Assembly (NCBI GenBank): GCA_016748015.1
Contig: JAAOMT010000727.1
Coordinates: 34,203 to 98,202 of the forward strand
Direction of reading: 5' to 3'
From: Geosiphon pyriformis uo1
Taxonomy: Eukaryota > Fungi > Glomeromycota
DNA: 64,000 nt
The position numbers were made by a program, and so were the translations under genes. Every line of letters starts with the position of its first letter. Positions within the stretch are counted from its first letter, which is position 1. This document shows positions 11,996 through 25,631 of this stretch, in pieces. The notes under the pieces were generated by a model. That model was not told the DNA's origin. It did not search any database and worked only from the letters and a program-made list of their open reading frames with translations.

Positions 11996-14479
11996 AGGTA
12001 TGAAATAGGCAAAATTATTAGTTAGTGTCTATGATGTGTGTACAAGTGATTATTTGAGAGATAATAAATAGTAACATAAATTTTGCAAAAGTGCATTGCA
12101 AATATAAAGAAGATTACTCACAAATGACTATGAAGAGACACAAGTATGGATAGAAGCAAATGTTAAGCAATAAACCAAAAAAATGTAGCATCAAAATATC
12201 AATAAATTTTCATGATAGATGAATATGTAGGAAAAGATATAATGAATATGACAAAAATATCAGAATGAGTGACCAAATAAATGCTCAATAATGCGTTTCG
12301 ATTACTCTTCGAACTAATATCCAATGTTTTCAAATAAATAAAAATAGAAGAACATTGCATGCTGTTATGCCTATTCTAACAGCATTCAAACTATTTTTTC
12401 TCCATTGCTCCTATTCTATTTAACCCAAACACATAAATAGTATATCTCCAGTTTTATCTTTACAACAAGTTTATGTATAACCTAATTTTTACAACAATGC
12501 TCTATTCTATACTTTTTTCAATGTCCATGTCATAATGCATTCCAACTATTCTCACTCTGTAGACCCCCATGGCTATTCTACAAACTTCCATTGCTCTTTT
12601 ATTAACCCATAATGTCTTTTGTCTCCTCTAGTTCACTTTTGAAATGAGTTTACATATAACCTAGCTCTGCTATGATTCAACTTGTCTCAACTATTGTGTT
12701 GTCAAAATTCATAACATTTTCCTAATAAACATACATTGCTTCCTTGCTTACCTTTTTGTGTCTTGAGGCATTCTGCATAAATTTTGTCATATGTAGCTTT
12801 AAGATTCTGTTAAGCATATTAATTAACAAATTCCCAATTGACTTGGTTTATGTTGTCAAGTTATGAACAGGAAACAAAAGAACGTGAATGCATTTATATT
12901 TTGTTGTGCTTCCTTGTATCATGGGGCATATTATGTTGCAGAACAATCACATACATCAAATCAGATTGTCTGATTTTTGCCCTTGTGATTGATGTTTTTA
13001 ACATACTTTTGTCATGGCCAGATTTGTATAAATAGTTCTAACCATACTAATTAGTGATTTATGTGTTTGAAGTAATTTTTGTTTATTGTCAAAGAAAAAA
13101 AGTTCAGAGGTAAATCAAACTGTCTTTAATAGTTGATAAATTTATGTTGAGCCACAGTTGTGCCACCAAATCAAAGATTAAAAATGCTCATTAATACTGT
13201 CAAATATTCACTTTGTCTGGTTTTGTTGCAACATGTCCCAAATAATTTTTTAATATTAATTATGCTACAATATTTTATTTTAAGCAATATTAAATGTTAA
13301 AAATATATAATACAATAATAATTTGAAAGTTAATTTAATATTTAAATTAAAAAATAAATAACAATATTGATGAGCCATGAGCATGTGCAAGCCTTTTCAA
13401 ATGATGACTAACATAGACAACATATTTAAAGAAATTAGTAGCCAATAGAAAGTTTGCTATGGTGGTAATTAATAGTTTTAATTGGCTCCAGTCTAATATT
13501 TAATAATTCATTGGGCTATGTCTTCAGCAAAAAAAAATAAACAATACTATTAATAAATTTTACACATTAAAATAAACAATTATATTACAAAGCATGCTAT
13601 AAAGGCTATTTAATAAAAGTAGCTTTGTTATCTAAATAGTAATTTATACTAATAGATAAAAGATCTGAAATGTTAATTACATAACCACACATATATTAAC
13701 CATATTTTTTCAAACCATAACAAATTCACAAAACATTATAACCACTATTAAAGCTATCAAACATCAATTAAAAGTGGCAATGACCCAATATAAAAGATAC
13801 ATAAAGAAGCTGAAATAAAAAAATAAAAAGTTGGATAAAAAAAAATAAGTTAAGTAAATTAAAAAAGAAGTTGAGAAAAAAAAAGTATTATAATAAAAAC
13901 CAAAAAATTGAAAAATAGAGAATAAGAAAAAGCTAAAAAAAGAAATAAAAAATTTAAAAGTAAATAAAAATAAGTAAAGAATATAAATACAAAAATTACA
14001 AAATATATTGATAAAAATAATTAAAACTAATAATAACTTTATGAATTGGGCATTGAAAAATAAAATAAAATAAAAAATTTGTAAAAATTATTTTTTATTA
14101 TTATTATTTTCTTTCAAAAATCTTTTTTATTTAGAAACATAAAGTAATATATACATAGTGTAAAGTAAATATAATAATATGTTTTTTGTTTATGAAACAT
14201 TTAATTTAAACTGTTGTAATTACATTTTCTCATATTACTTATTTCTTTTTTTCTATTTTCAAGTATTTAAACATCTTGGAATAAAAGATTACTTGTTAAC
14301 ATTCACATATTTTATTTTTTTCTTTTTCTTAATTTGTATTATTAGAAAAATAATTGCTTGTTTTTGTGATTTTTTGAATAAAAAAATAATTAAAAAACAC
14401 AACAATAGCTGTTATTGATTCTAAGAATTTCTGAATTAAAGCATAGAATAATAGCAGTTGTGTTATTTTATTAATAATC

Positions 14480-17400
14480 ACAAACTATTTTTTTATCTTT
14501 AGATTTCTAAAAAAAATTTGCAACTATAATTTTTACAAACTGATTATGTATATTGAATCTTTACTCATTCAATTTGTTTTTATATTGTAATTCTCTCTTT
14601 TTGATTATTTCTATTACTCTATAATTCTGTTTTCTCTTGTTATCTATTAACTTGTTACTTTAACTTATAACAATATAAACAAAAATCAGTAAAAATTTGA
14701 AATTAAAAAAGTGAATAAAATAAAATAAGCTTATTTTAGAAATGTCTTATTTGCAAGAATGTTTTTGGTATTGAAAAGCTTTTAAAAAACAAAAAAGATA
14801 GAAGATTTAAATCTGATATAGAATTTTTTCAAAAGTATAATAATAAATTTGGCTAAAAAAGTTTTTGCTAAGCAGTAATTCAACAAAGTTAATGTGTTTA
14901 AAAATAAACAATTATTCAAGTTTTATAAGTTAGAGATTCTGGTTTTCAAAATTATAAAGTCTCTTGCTTTAGAAATACAAATAAGTTTTATAATTTCATT
15001 TAAGTTTGATTTAGGTTTGACAATATTGGTGCTGCTAAAATTCTATCTTTGAATAATTTTTTTTTGAATTTAAAAAATATTGTATATTATCTGTTAAATA
15101 CTAAGAAAAAATATTATGCATTCAAATTTTAAGAGTCTAAAACCATAAAAATATTTAAAGTTAGAAAGTTGATTAAGAAATATATAGAAAATTTCTGTAC
15201 AAACAAAAGTCAGATAATTAAAAGTGTCTTGAAATATTTTTTTAGAAGGTAATTTTAAATTATTTAATAATTAATAAAGAACTGGTTTTAGAGTCTAATA
15301 AAATTAAATCTAAAATAAATAGTATTATAGAAAGTTAGATTAAAAAACATGTAATTCTTAAAATATTGTTTGGCATTAGTTTTTTTAATATTTTTTACTG
15401 AATTATGTTGATAATATTGTTTACTTTAGTATTATGATTAGAATTAATATAAAAAATTGGTTTAAGTAATTAAGAAACTGCTAGATAATAAAACTGTTAA
15501 ATTGTTAAAAATTTCTAATAAAGTTTAAAAACATAGTAGTAATAAGATGTTAAATTGTTTCATAAATATTTTGAATTTATGTTTGGTTTTTGGTTTAATT
15601 CTCATTTTTTAAAAAAAAACTTGGATTTTTATAATTCTAAAACCATATAATTAAAATAGTATTTTAATAAATACCAGATCTATTGTATTAATTAAGACAG
15701 CTAGAAAAATTTTGTTTAAGATTTTTTTAAATCAGATATCTTTGACTTGTAACAACTTTGAAATTTTCTACAGAAATAATTTTTTGGTTTTAAGAAGTAT
15801 ATCTACTTAAACTTTAATTTTTATTATTGGTTTAATTGTAAAAAATACTTTAAAAAAAAATAAAAAGATATGACTAGTTTTGCAAAATTTGTGTAAAGCT
15901 TATAATTCTGTTGGTTGACAGCATTTAAAAAATTGCTTAGTTAGAATCAAAATATGTTTATACTTCATTAAGTTTTTTGAGAGTATTTACAATAGTCAAA
16001 TTAATTGTGTAATAATAGATTTTGGACTTTTTAATAATTATGTTGTACAAAATAGATTAGATTAAGATAAAATATTCTTTTCTTTGCTTTAAAAAAGTTT
16101 TTATGACTTTTTTTATGTAAAGTTAAATAATATAAGCAATTGTATAATTATAAATTAATTCTAAGTTTGTAATAAAGTTAAGCAAAATTGAAGATAAAAT
16201 TAAAATGACAACTAATTTTGTTGCTGAAATATTTGTAAATAATACAATATTAGTAAATAGTAATTAGTTTACTATATAGTATATTTTAAATATAGCCAGT
16301 AAATTTTTTGTACTCAATAATATTTTTTTAAATAACAAAAAGACTGTGACTATTTTTATTAACTAAATAGTTAAAAAAACTTCCTTATTTATCAATAACA
16401 TGTCAATTGTAGTGGCTAAAAAAAGTAAATTTTATTGATACTTGGACATATTTTTGTTAATAAAAAAATTGTCAAAACTTAGTTTGGTTAAAACATAATT
16501 TGATATTAAATTTTTTTTAAATGTAATATTATACAAAACTATTTTTGATAAATAATTTTGTTATTTGATTTTTTTTGTTTTGTAGTCTATTATTGACTAC
16601 AGAATACAATTTAGTTTTGTTTCTAAAAATGTATATGCAAAATAGAATATTATGATTAGGCAAAGCTTAAAAATCAAGACAAGTTTTTCATATAACTTTC
16701 TTACAAATACATTAGTCTATCTGTTTTTTATAGCTTAAAAACTTTTGGTCAAATACAGACTGAAGAAAAAGCATTTTTTGTACTAAAATTTGTGAATTCT
16801 TTTGAAGTTTTAAAGAAAATTTTTATTTATTATTGTATAAACTTATAAGTTTTTAATTAATTATTGTATTTTTTGTGTTATTTTATAAGATTAAGCCTTA
16901 ATTCTAAGAACAATTTTCTGGCTGAAATTGTAAAATATTTTTATTTTATAATATATTATTTTTTGTTATATTATTAAATGCTTTTTACTTCTTTAATAGA
17001 ATGCCAATATTTAATTTTTTCAAAAATACCAGCTTTTTTAAAATTTATAACAAGCTTACCAGTTAGTTCAAAACCATCAAAAACTATTAAAGTTTTATAA
17101 TACTAGTTTTTAGACACAAGTTTTTTTACTAAAATAATGTATAATTCAATATTATGTACACAAAAAAACAAGTTTCATTAAACTACAAAAAAATATATAG
17201 CAATATTTACAAACAATATCTATGACTTCTTAAACTTTTTTAAAATTTTATTACAAGTAGTTTTGTTTGAAAAATATCTAAAAGCATAATCAGACATTTT
17301 AGTTTTATTACAGAACAAATACACTATACTTGGATATAATGTATTATATAAATACTTCTTAACAGTAATTAGATACTCATATAAAGTTTTTATAAGATAA

Positions 17401-18500
17401 ATATACAAAGCAGTTAACAAGCAAAATGTGAAACCAGAAGTTATATATCTATTAAGATACTAAATTTTAGATGTTTTTTTTAGTTTACCTTATTATTATT
17501 GTAGTTTTTTATTATTTTAGATCTAAATTTATTTTTTTACCTAAAATAACACAAAATCATATAAAATTTTTTAAAATAATGATGAATATTATAAGACAAT
17601 ACTTTATTATTTACTGAATAAAAATTTCACACATTATAATAGAAAAAACTAAACCAAAAAAACAAATATTAGAAATAAGCATATTAACATATTTATTTTT
17701 TATATTACTATTATAACTTTTTATTTTAACCCAAAAAACTAACAAATTTTTTTTTTAATAAAATTAACTATTTGCTGTTATTTTATTTATAAATGCTTTC
17801 TAAAATTAAAGTGGTCTGGTCTTTAAAACGTTTTAAGATGACTTTTGTGGAGCAGTTACTAGACAAAAAAAACATTGTTTTAATTAGAAGTGTTTTAAAC
17901 ATTGGAAACAGTTAAATTTGTGGAGTTTTGTTTCTAAGTAGTTTAATTCAGCCATCTAATTTTTAAATGACAGACTGAATATTATATGTAATTTTTCTTA
18001 TTTGTCTGATTATTGTTTTTTTGGTTTTGATATTATTAACTTGATTACTCATATTAGAAATAATTTGTTAAGATTCAATTTAAGTTTTTTTAATGTCTAT
18101 ACAAATAAATTATTAAAAATTTTAGTTTAATTTTGATTATTGAAGAGACTACTGCTTTTTTTTTAATGCTAATTTGAATATTGGAGTTAAAATATGTGGT
18201 ATTATGTTATTAATATTAGTTAAACTTAAGGCTATATTTTTTCAACTCATTTGTGTTTTTGTAAGAAATATTGTGATTATTAATTTAAATAGTCAGACTA
18301 CTATTTGTGTTTATATTAATGAGTTAGAATTGGTTTTACTTATAAAAAACTTAATATTAACTTACAAATTCAAAATATAGTTTTGCATTTGTATACAGAG
18401 CTAATTTAAAAAAAAAATTTAGTAGTTGTCAATATTAGTATAGAACTTTGTAAAAATAGTAGTGTAAACAAATTAGATAATAGAACAGTCATATTATTAA
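14480..18500 (+). mobile_element. Heavily eroded LINE ORF2 relic (RT to RNase H)
   Basis: Nucleotide-level traces of SVLE..F.KV.L..L....ELVLE (~15220-15300), LQNLCKAYNSVGW (~15880), YLDIFL (~16440), FVEQL (~17845) and the RNase H start (~18100). Confidence 0.75.
17030..17480 (-). mobile_element. Inverted internal fragment of a LINE ORF2 C-terminus
   Basis: TSGFT...YLIKTLYEYL...YLYNTLYPSIVYLFCNKTKMSDYAF matches YFMKALH...LYNKEYPSVMCLFCGDVEISDYVF of copy 1. Confidence 0.75.
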
Positions 18501-19699
18501 GTATTGAGAAAAATAAAAGAGTGTATTTTAATATATTTTAAATATTTGTTTTTTTTGGTTTAGGTAGTAACATAGTAGTAATAGCTAATATATAATTTTG
18601 TCTTAATTGGCTTAAATAGTTAGTCATATACAACAAGTATATAAATTGTATTTAGTTTATAATATGTATATCTTATATGTTTTTAAATAGCAATTAGGTT
18701 TCATTTGTTAAAATATAATAGTAATAATCTTAAGAAAAACTATTTTGAATAAAATATTTTTATATTTAGCTACTTTTATGTTTTAGCTTATAATTAACTA
18801 TAAATTTTAGTTTAGTTTTTGTTTTTAAATATATATATTAAAAATAAAATATAATAATTTATAAAAATTTAAAATATAAAGCTAATTTTTTTAAAAACTT
18901 TCTAAATAAAATCTTATATTATTATTTTTTATATAGTTTTAAGTTTTTTAAACAAGTACAGACCGAAAATAAAATTGTATTTTTAATTTTTTAAATACTT
19001 TAATATTGTTGATTATTTTTTTAAATATAAATATATAAATTTACAGATTACTAGTTAAATTTTAATAAATTTATTATAGTTTTCTATTAAATTGAGAATT
19101 AATTTAAATTATATTAAATTACAATGTTTTATTAGTAATCTTTTTTTTTGCATTTTATGATTTTAATAATATTTTTATTTTAAATATTAAGTATAAAATT
19201 ATATTATAAAATAATAAATTTTTTAAAAAGAATTGATGTTATTTTTAGCAAACAGTTATTAGACCAAAATAGACAAATTTTTAAATAAAAAATTTCTTAT
19301 TATTAAAAAAACTTAATTTTTAAGATTCTAAGTCTTATTAATTTACTGTTATTACAAATTTTTTTTGAACTAAAATTTTTTTATAGCTTTTTTGTTTTTT
19401 ATTTAAGTTCTAATTATTAAAGTATTTTTAATTTAAGTAATTTATTAATAATTAAAAAATGTTTAATAAATATAAAACTGTTAATTATAAATATTTTTAC
19501 AAATAATTTTTTAAAAAAATTAAGATTTTATGCTGTATTTAATAAAATTATTATATATTTTAATAATTAAAGTTTAAATATTGGTGTTTAGATTATTGGT
19601 TTAATGTTATTAAAAAAAAACTTCTTTCTCTCCTTTGTCCCAAATTTCCAAAAAGAGTCATAAGTTTTTTGAAAGAAATTTTTTACCATTCAGTATGAT

Positions 19700-21549
19700 A
19701 AATCCAAACTATTTTTCAATCACTAGGCCACTGTTGGCTCTAGTATTGCTATTATAAAAAAGGCTATTAAAGATTTTGGTTCTAGTAGTGGTTTTAGATC
19801 TGTTGTGTCAAGAAAAAAGAGAAAAGATGGTATTTTGGAAGAAAGTGCTGATGTTAAAGGTGTTTTTGCAAGAACAGCTAGTGATCACTTATGGGGTTCT
19901 GAAACTGGTAACACCACCAAGTCTGAGAGTGTTGATATGAAAGAAGAATGCCTGATAGAGGAAACCAGCTTTGATCTTGGTGATAGTGGTAGTCTCACTA
20001 ACATAAATTTCAATTAAACTCCCAAGAGTTTTTGTATCAAAACTAAAAAGACACTGGACAAGCCTTTGGAGAAGATTGATTTCTCAGGTCTTGGAGAAGA
20101 TGATGATTTTTTGGATGGTTCTACTTTTCTTCCTCCTTTTTTCTCTCTTAAGCCATTTGTTCTAGTTTTTGTTCACAAATTCTTTGCTTTGGATATTGAT
20201 TTTGTGGTCATTACTGAGAAATCTTCTCAGGAAAAATTAAGTTTTGTCAGAAAAATTTTCTCTGATGTGAATAGTTTTGGGGAGGCCTCTACCCCCTTGA
20301 AATTTGGTGGAATCATTCAGACTACTTTTACTTCAGAAGAGGCAATGATGGCTGCAACAAAATTGGCTAATAATTGTAGTGTTGTGGTAAACACCAATCT
20401 CAAGTGCCTGGCAACAATCATACAAATTGGGCAATTGTGTTAAAAGAAATTTCTGTGGGAACTTCTGTGGAGGCTGTACAAGCTGCAGTGTCTGAATTTG
20501 GAATAATTAAGAAGATCAAAATGCAATTGGTGGGTTTGTGGCAAAAAGTGATTATCAAATTGGAAGATCAAAATCAAGCTAATTTTTTGGTCTCTAAATG
20601 ATCCATCCTTATTGAAAAAGATGCTGTTTATGTGGCCAGGACTGATGTGGATAAACAAACATAAGATACCAGAAATAAATTTAGGGCTTTGCTCTATACT
20701 TTCCTTATGGAAACAACTGCTTATAATCTGTGAAATTTTATTGGCTCTGTTGGTGAGAAAACATGTGTTATTGATCATGATTCTGTCAGCTATTCTTGTG
20801 CTTGCTGTGCTACTGTTTGCTTTGAATCTGAGTTCAATTTGGTCAGTACAATGGCAACAACTCCGGTTATAAAAAAAACTGGTCTCTGCTGGTCTCATCT
20901 CTTATTGGCACTGTGTTTGGTTTGCAAATGTTCTGATTATATGTCTCTCATTTGTGTTTTAATTAAAGATGATTCAATGCTGAGGGGCAAAAAGGCTCCC
21001 CTTTTTGCTTAAGATTAGATCAGATTGGCAAAGATTAATACAAAAAAATCTGCACCTATTTCTTGTCTTTTGGCTTTCAGTAGTAAAACTTGGGTGTCAG
21101 TAGTTGGTGCTTTTTCTGTGCACGTTTTCTATGGTACTGGTTTGTTTCTTGGTTCCAACAATATTGGTAAACCTCTTTCTCCAGTCGTGAACAATTTAAA
21201 ATCACATTTGGTCAGTATTGAAAGCAGTTTTGTTAGCCTCATAAAACAAATTAGTGAGTTGGCTAAGAGGTTGAAGTCACTCGTGCCAGCAGTTTCCTAG
21301 CCAAGGACTGGATGTTAGCTGTTGGTCACTCTTTTATTACAGGATCAAGAGAAGGATATAGTGATGGGAGTGGGTTTGGGTGAAACCACTAGTGACAAGA
21401 TTACTATGATTGTGAACTCATTGGCATCTCCTCATGTTATCAAATTAGAAAATATGTTGGAAGGCCTCTCCAAGTCTGTATTAAGCTTGTTTGCTCACTT
21501 TGATAGTTTGGTTTTGGCTGGTGGTGCAAATCCTCAACCCAATTCTTAA
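19700..21549 (+). pseudogene. LINE ORF1, decayed
   Basis: SRKKRK, EETSFD, KEISVGTSVEAVQAAVSEFG...LVGLWQK; collinear with copy 1. Confidence 0.85.
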
Positions 21550-24500
21550 TGAGTGGATTGGTTTGGAGAGTAGCCACATATAATATTAAGGAAATGAACA
21601 ATCCTACAAAACAGGATGATATTATTTATTGGCATAAGGATATAAACAATTTGGTTTCTATTTTTACAGAGTCTAAGTTAAAAGAAAAGATTCAGCCTTG
21701 GATTGTAAACAAATTTGAGGGTGTTTGGGTGTTTACATCTGGTCTAGAATCTGGGTATTTGAGTGCTAGTGTTATAATTGTTATAAACTTGTCTTTGGCA
21801 AAACATGTGTGCAAAATTTCTGAGATGTCTGGTCAGCTCCTCTCTATTAAGTTGCTTTTTAAGAATAAATTCTCTGTGTCAATTCTGGGACTTTATGCTA
21901 GTGCTTCTTTGGTGGTCCAGTTTTCTCAAGCTGACAAGATCAACTCCATGATTGCCAAGACTGTTAATGAGTTTTTTTTTGTGATCTTGGGTAGAGATTT
22001 CAATAAAAATAGTACTCATAAATGTGCTAGTTTTAAAAAGTGCTTTGATTTGGGTCTGGTGAACTCTCTGTATGAGAACTCTGTTATGAAAAATCTCATG
22101 TGGTGTAATTCTTGTGGTGTTGCAAAGACAATTGATTATGTGTTCATCTCTTTGAATCTAACCAATACAATAGTGGATCATAACGTGGTTAATGTTATGA
22201 ACTATTTTGACACTGATCACAAGTCTGTTTCTGTTTCTGTGAGTGTTAAAGATTTACTTGACATTCAATTAAATTTACTGCGCAAACAAGCAAATAGAGA
22301 TCACTGGAAATTTGATGTCAAAAATGTGGATGATACTAAATAATGTGAGTTTAAAGTGTCTACAGCAGCCAATGCTGTTATGTTCTTGGATGAATTCTTT
22401 TCAGCCAAGAAATTTTCAGATCTGGATGCAATGTGGAATGTTGTTTGCAAGGTTATGGTTTTTTTGGCAGGTAGAACCTTCAAAAAAAAATGATTTAAAA
22501 ATTTTAATAATGTTTACACTAAAGTGTTTTCTAGGTTTTACAAGCTGGAGTTGCTGGTTTTTAAGCTGGTGAAGGCTTTTCATCTGGTTTCTAATGTCAA
22601 TTTTGCTTCACTGCTAGATACGTGGTGTCATCTCAACTCTGTTGGTGTATTATCAGTGAGATTTTTGTTTTTTTTAGATTTTAATTTTGATGTTATTTAT
22701 TCTGTTTTGGCCAATGTGAAAATATTGTACCAATCTTCTAAATTGCTGGAATCCAAGCATGCTGAAGAGTTTCACATTAGGCTGGCTATTGACAAGAGAA
22801 TGAAGAGTTTTGAGTTAGATAAGAGTCATATTATCAAAAACATACTAGAATGTTCCTTTCACAAGGTGGTTTTGGATCATCTGATTGTAGGTAATAAGTT
22901 GGTTCTTGAGCCCAGTTTGGTCAAATCCAAGGTAGATGCTATTATAGAAAGATGGACCAGGAAGCGTGTGGTGGTGACAATGTCTCTGGTGCTTGGTTTT
23001 ATTAATACTAGCCTTTAAATTACGTTTTTAATGAGGCTTTCTCTGGAGTGATGTGTACAAATGAGTTTGATAAGCTGCATTGTGTGGTTTCTGATCTACC
23101 TGATGGCAAAGCCACTGGTCTTTTAGGTATCTCCAATGAGTTTTGGAAACATTGTGATGAGTCAGTTTTGGGTTTGTTTTTGGTTTTTTTGAATTCTTGT
23201 TTGTCTAGTGAGTTGGTATCTGGTCCTTGGAAAGAAGCTTGGGTTTCAATAATTTCTAAATCTTACAAGTGAGAAAATGTTCTCATGAATACCTGTTCTA
23301 TTGTTTTGATTAAAACAGCTTACAAAATTCTCTCCAAGATTTTTTTAAATAGGATTTTGCTGGCTTGCAGTTCTTATGACATTCTGTGAGGTAACAATTT
23401 TTCAATTTTAAAAAGAATAACAACTCAGTCTCTTATTTTTGTGATTGGTTCTGTTATCGAGAATGCTCTAGAGAAAGACCAAGAACTCTGGCTTGTTCTG
23501 CAGGACATGCGAAAGATGTATGATTTGGTTGGCTGGTAGCATTTAGAGAAAAGCCTGGTCAGAATCAAGATGTGTAGCAGATTTGTTCATTTTTTTGGTA
23601 GTATTCACAGGAATCAAGTCAACCATGTTATGACAGATTTTGGTTTGACCGATAGTTACCAAATGCATAATGGATTGGACTAGGATGAAGTCTTCTCTCC
23701 TCTTCTGTGACACATATTTTATGATTCTCTTTTATGTGAAGTCAAGTGTCAAGAGAATATGTGTGGATATAGACTTAATTCCCATTTTGTTTTTAAAAAT
23801 GGTCATGCTGAACCACAGGCTGGGCTTTCCTCTTTTTTTGCTGCTAAAGTCTTTGTTGATAATACAATTTGGGTTGGTAGTAGTCAAGCTGCCACTCAAC
23901 ATATTCTCAATATTGCTAGTAAGTTTTTTCAGGTCAATGACATTTTAATCAATACTGACAAAACTGTAGTCATTCTCATCAATAGCAAGGTCAGTGTTTC
24001 ATCTTTTTTTATCAGTAATTTGCCTATTTCTGTTGTTCATAGAAGAGAGTCTTATTGGTATCTTGGAATTTTCTTATCAACTGAAAGTCTGTCAAAGCCC
24101 AGTTTGGCTAAAGCACATTTGGATATTTGTTTCTTTACCAATTTAGTCTTGAGAAAGGTAGTTTCTGACAAACAATTCTTGTATCTGGTGTCAGCGGTTC
24201 TTCATCCTATAGTTGGCTATAGAATTTAGTTCAGCTTTGTTCCTGTGAATGTGTGTGACAAGTGGAATGCTCTGATTTGCAGGGGACTGAAGCTGAAATC
24301 TGGTTTTCCACTGGATTTTCCAAGTGATACAATTTATTATCCCTCTTTTTATGGTTTAAAATTCTTTTTACAATGTCAATTTGAGGATAAGGTAGCTTCA
24401 TTTATTAGCTTTGTGAACTCTGGTGAGATTTTGGGTTGTTTGTTCAGTTACAGATCTCATGACTTGCAAGTTTGGTGTTGGAGTTCTATCCATCTTTTGT

Positions 24501-25631
24501 GTTTTCCTGTTTGTATTTGTGTCAGTATTTTGAATAATTTTTTGGCTGGTATGGTTTGCATTCTTCTTGGCTGTAATTTATCTTTGGACAGCTCTTTGGC
24601 CAGCTTCTTTTGGTTTCATGATAAGGTGCCTATGTTTACTGTTTTGGGCGAGTCTTTGTTTTTTATGTTTTTACCTTCTTTTCGGTGTTATGGCATTGTC
24701 TTTGTGAATTAGCTTTGTAACTGTTATGGTGATGTCTTTGACTGACACACTTTTAAGCATTAGAAAAGGCTGGACCCTCATGGCCTGATTTCTGAATGGT
24801 TCAAGCTTTCTGTTGCATTTCTTGTTGTTCCATATTCTTTTTTCTTAGCTTTGATTAGTGTTGGTCCTCTAAACATTTGTGTTTCTAGTGATTTTGTGTC
24901 TATTTGTAATTGTCTGTCTCATGTTGGCTCTGATAGTTTGTCTGTATATACAGATGGTTCTCTGAAAAATTTGGGCATTCTTTGTTGTAGGGCCAGTGCT
25001 GCTGCCTTTTTTAAGGACATTAATTTGGGTCTAGGTGTTGGGATTTGGGATTTGGTGTTATTTACTTTGGCAAAGTTACAGACTATAGCATTGGCTCTGA
25101 AGTATATACCCACATCTCATTTTGTTTGCCTGTATTTGGATAGTTAGGCTGCTTTGGATGTTTGTAAATTAAAGTTAAACCTGATATGTTCTGACTTTTG
25201 CAACTGGTGTTGGGTCAAACATCAACATATTGGAAATGTTATTTGCAACAAAATTTGAGGGTCAGCTGGCATAAGGTAAAGGGTCACTCTGACATTTCGG
25301 AAAATGAGTGTCCCAACAGTCTTGCTGACACTACTTTTTTTTCTAATTGGTGTGTTTTTTTCCAAGTGTAAGTGAAAAATTTTTGGTGGCTAATGTTGGT
25401 ATTGTTTCTGGTAATTCTAGACACTTTGTTCAGGATGTTTTTTGTCCTGTTTGTCATGCACATTGAGAGGTTGGATTTGGTTCTGGGTTTCTAGATGGTG
25501 GCTTGCATTCAGATGTCAATTGGCTTAGCTCTTTCCAAGTTTGGCACCCTGATTTGTACATGGCCACTGGTTATACTAGCAAACACACTGCTGGTGCCTG
25601 TGCTTATTTCATGAAACCTCTGCATCATCAG
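21549..25631 (+). pseudogene. LINE ORF2, 5' part (APE, RT, RNase H)
   Basis: GRDFN, TDH, QDMRKMYD, VFVDNT, YLGIF, VYTDGS. Confidence 0.9.

Noticed and set aside
13700-14420. Possible coiled-coil gene relic and ORF 14179-14418
   Set aside because: Low-complexity A/T-rich sequence with no recoverable motif
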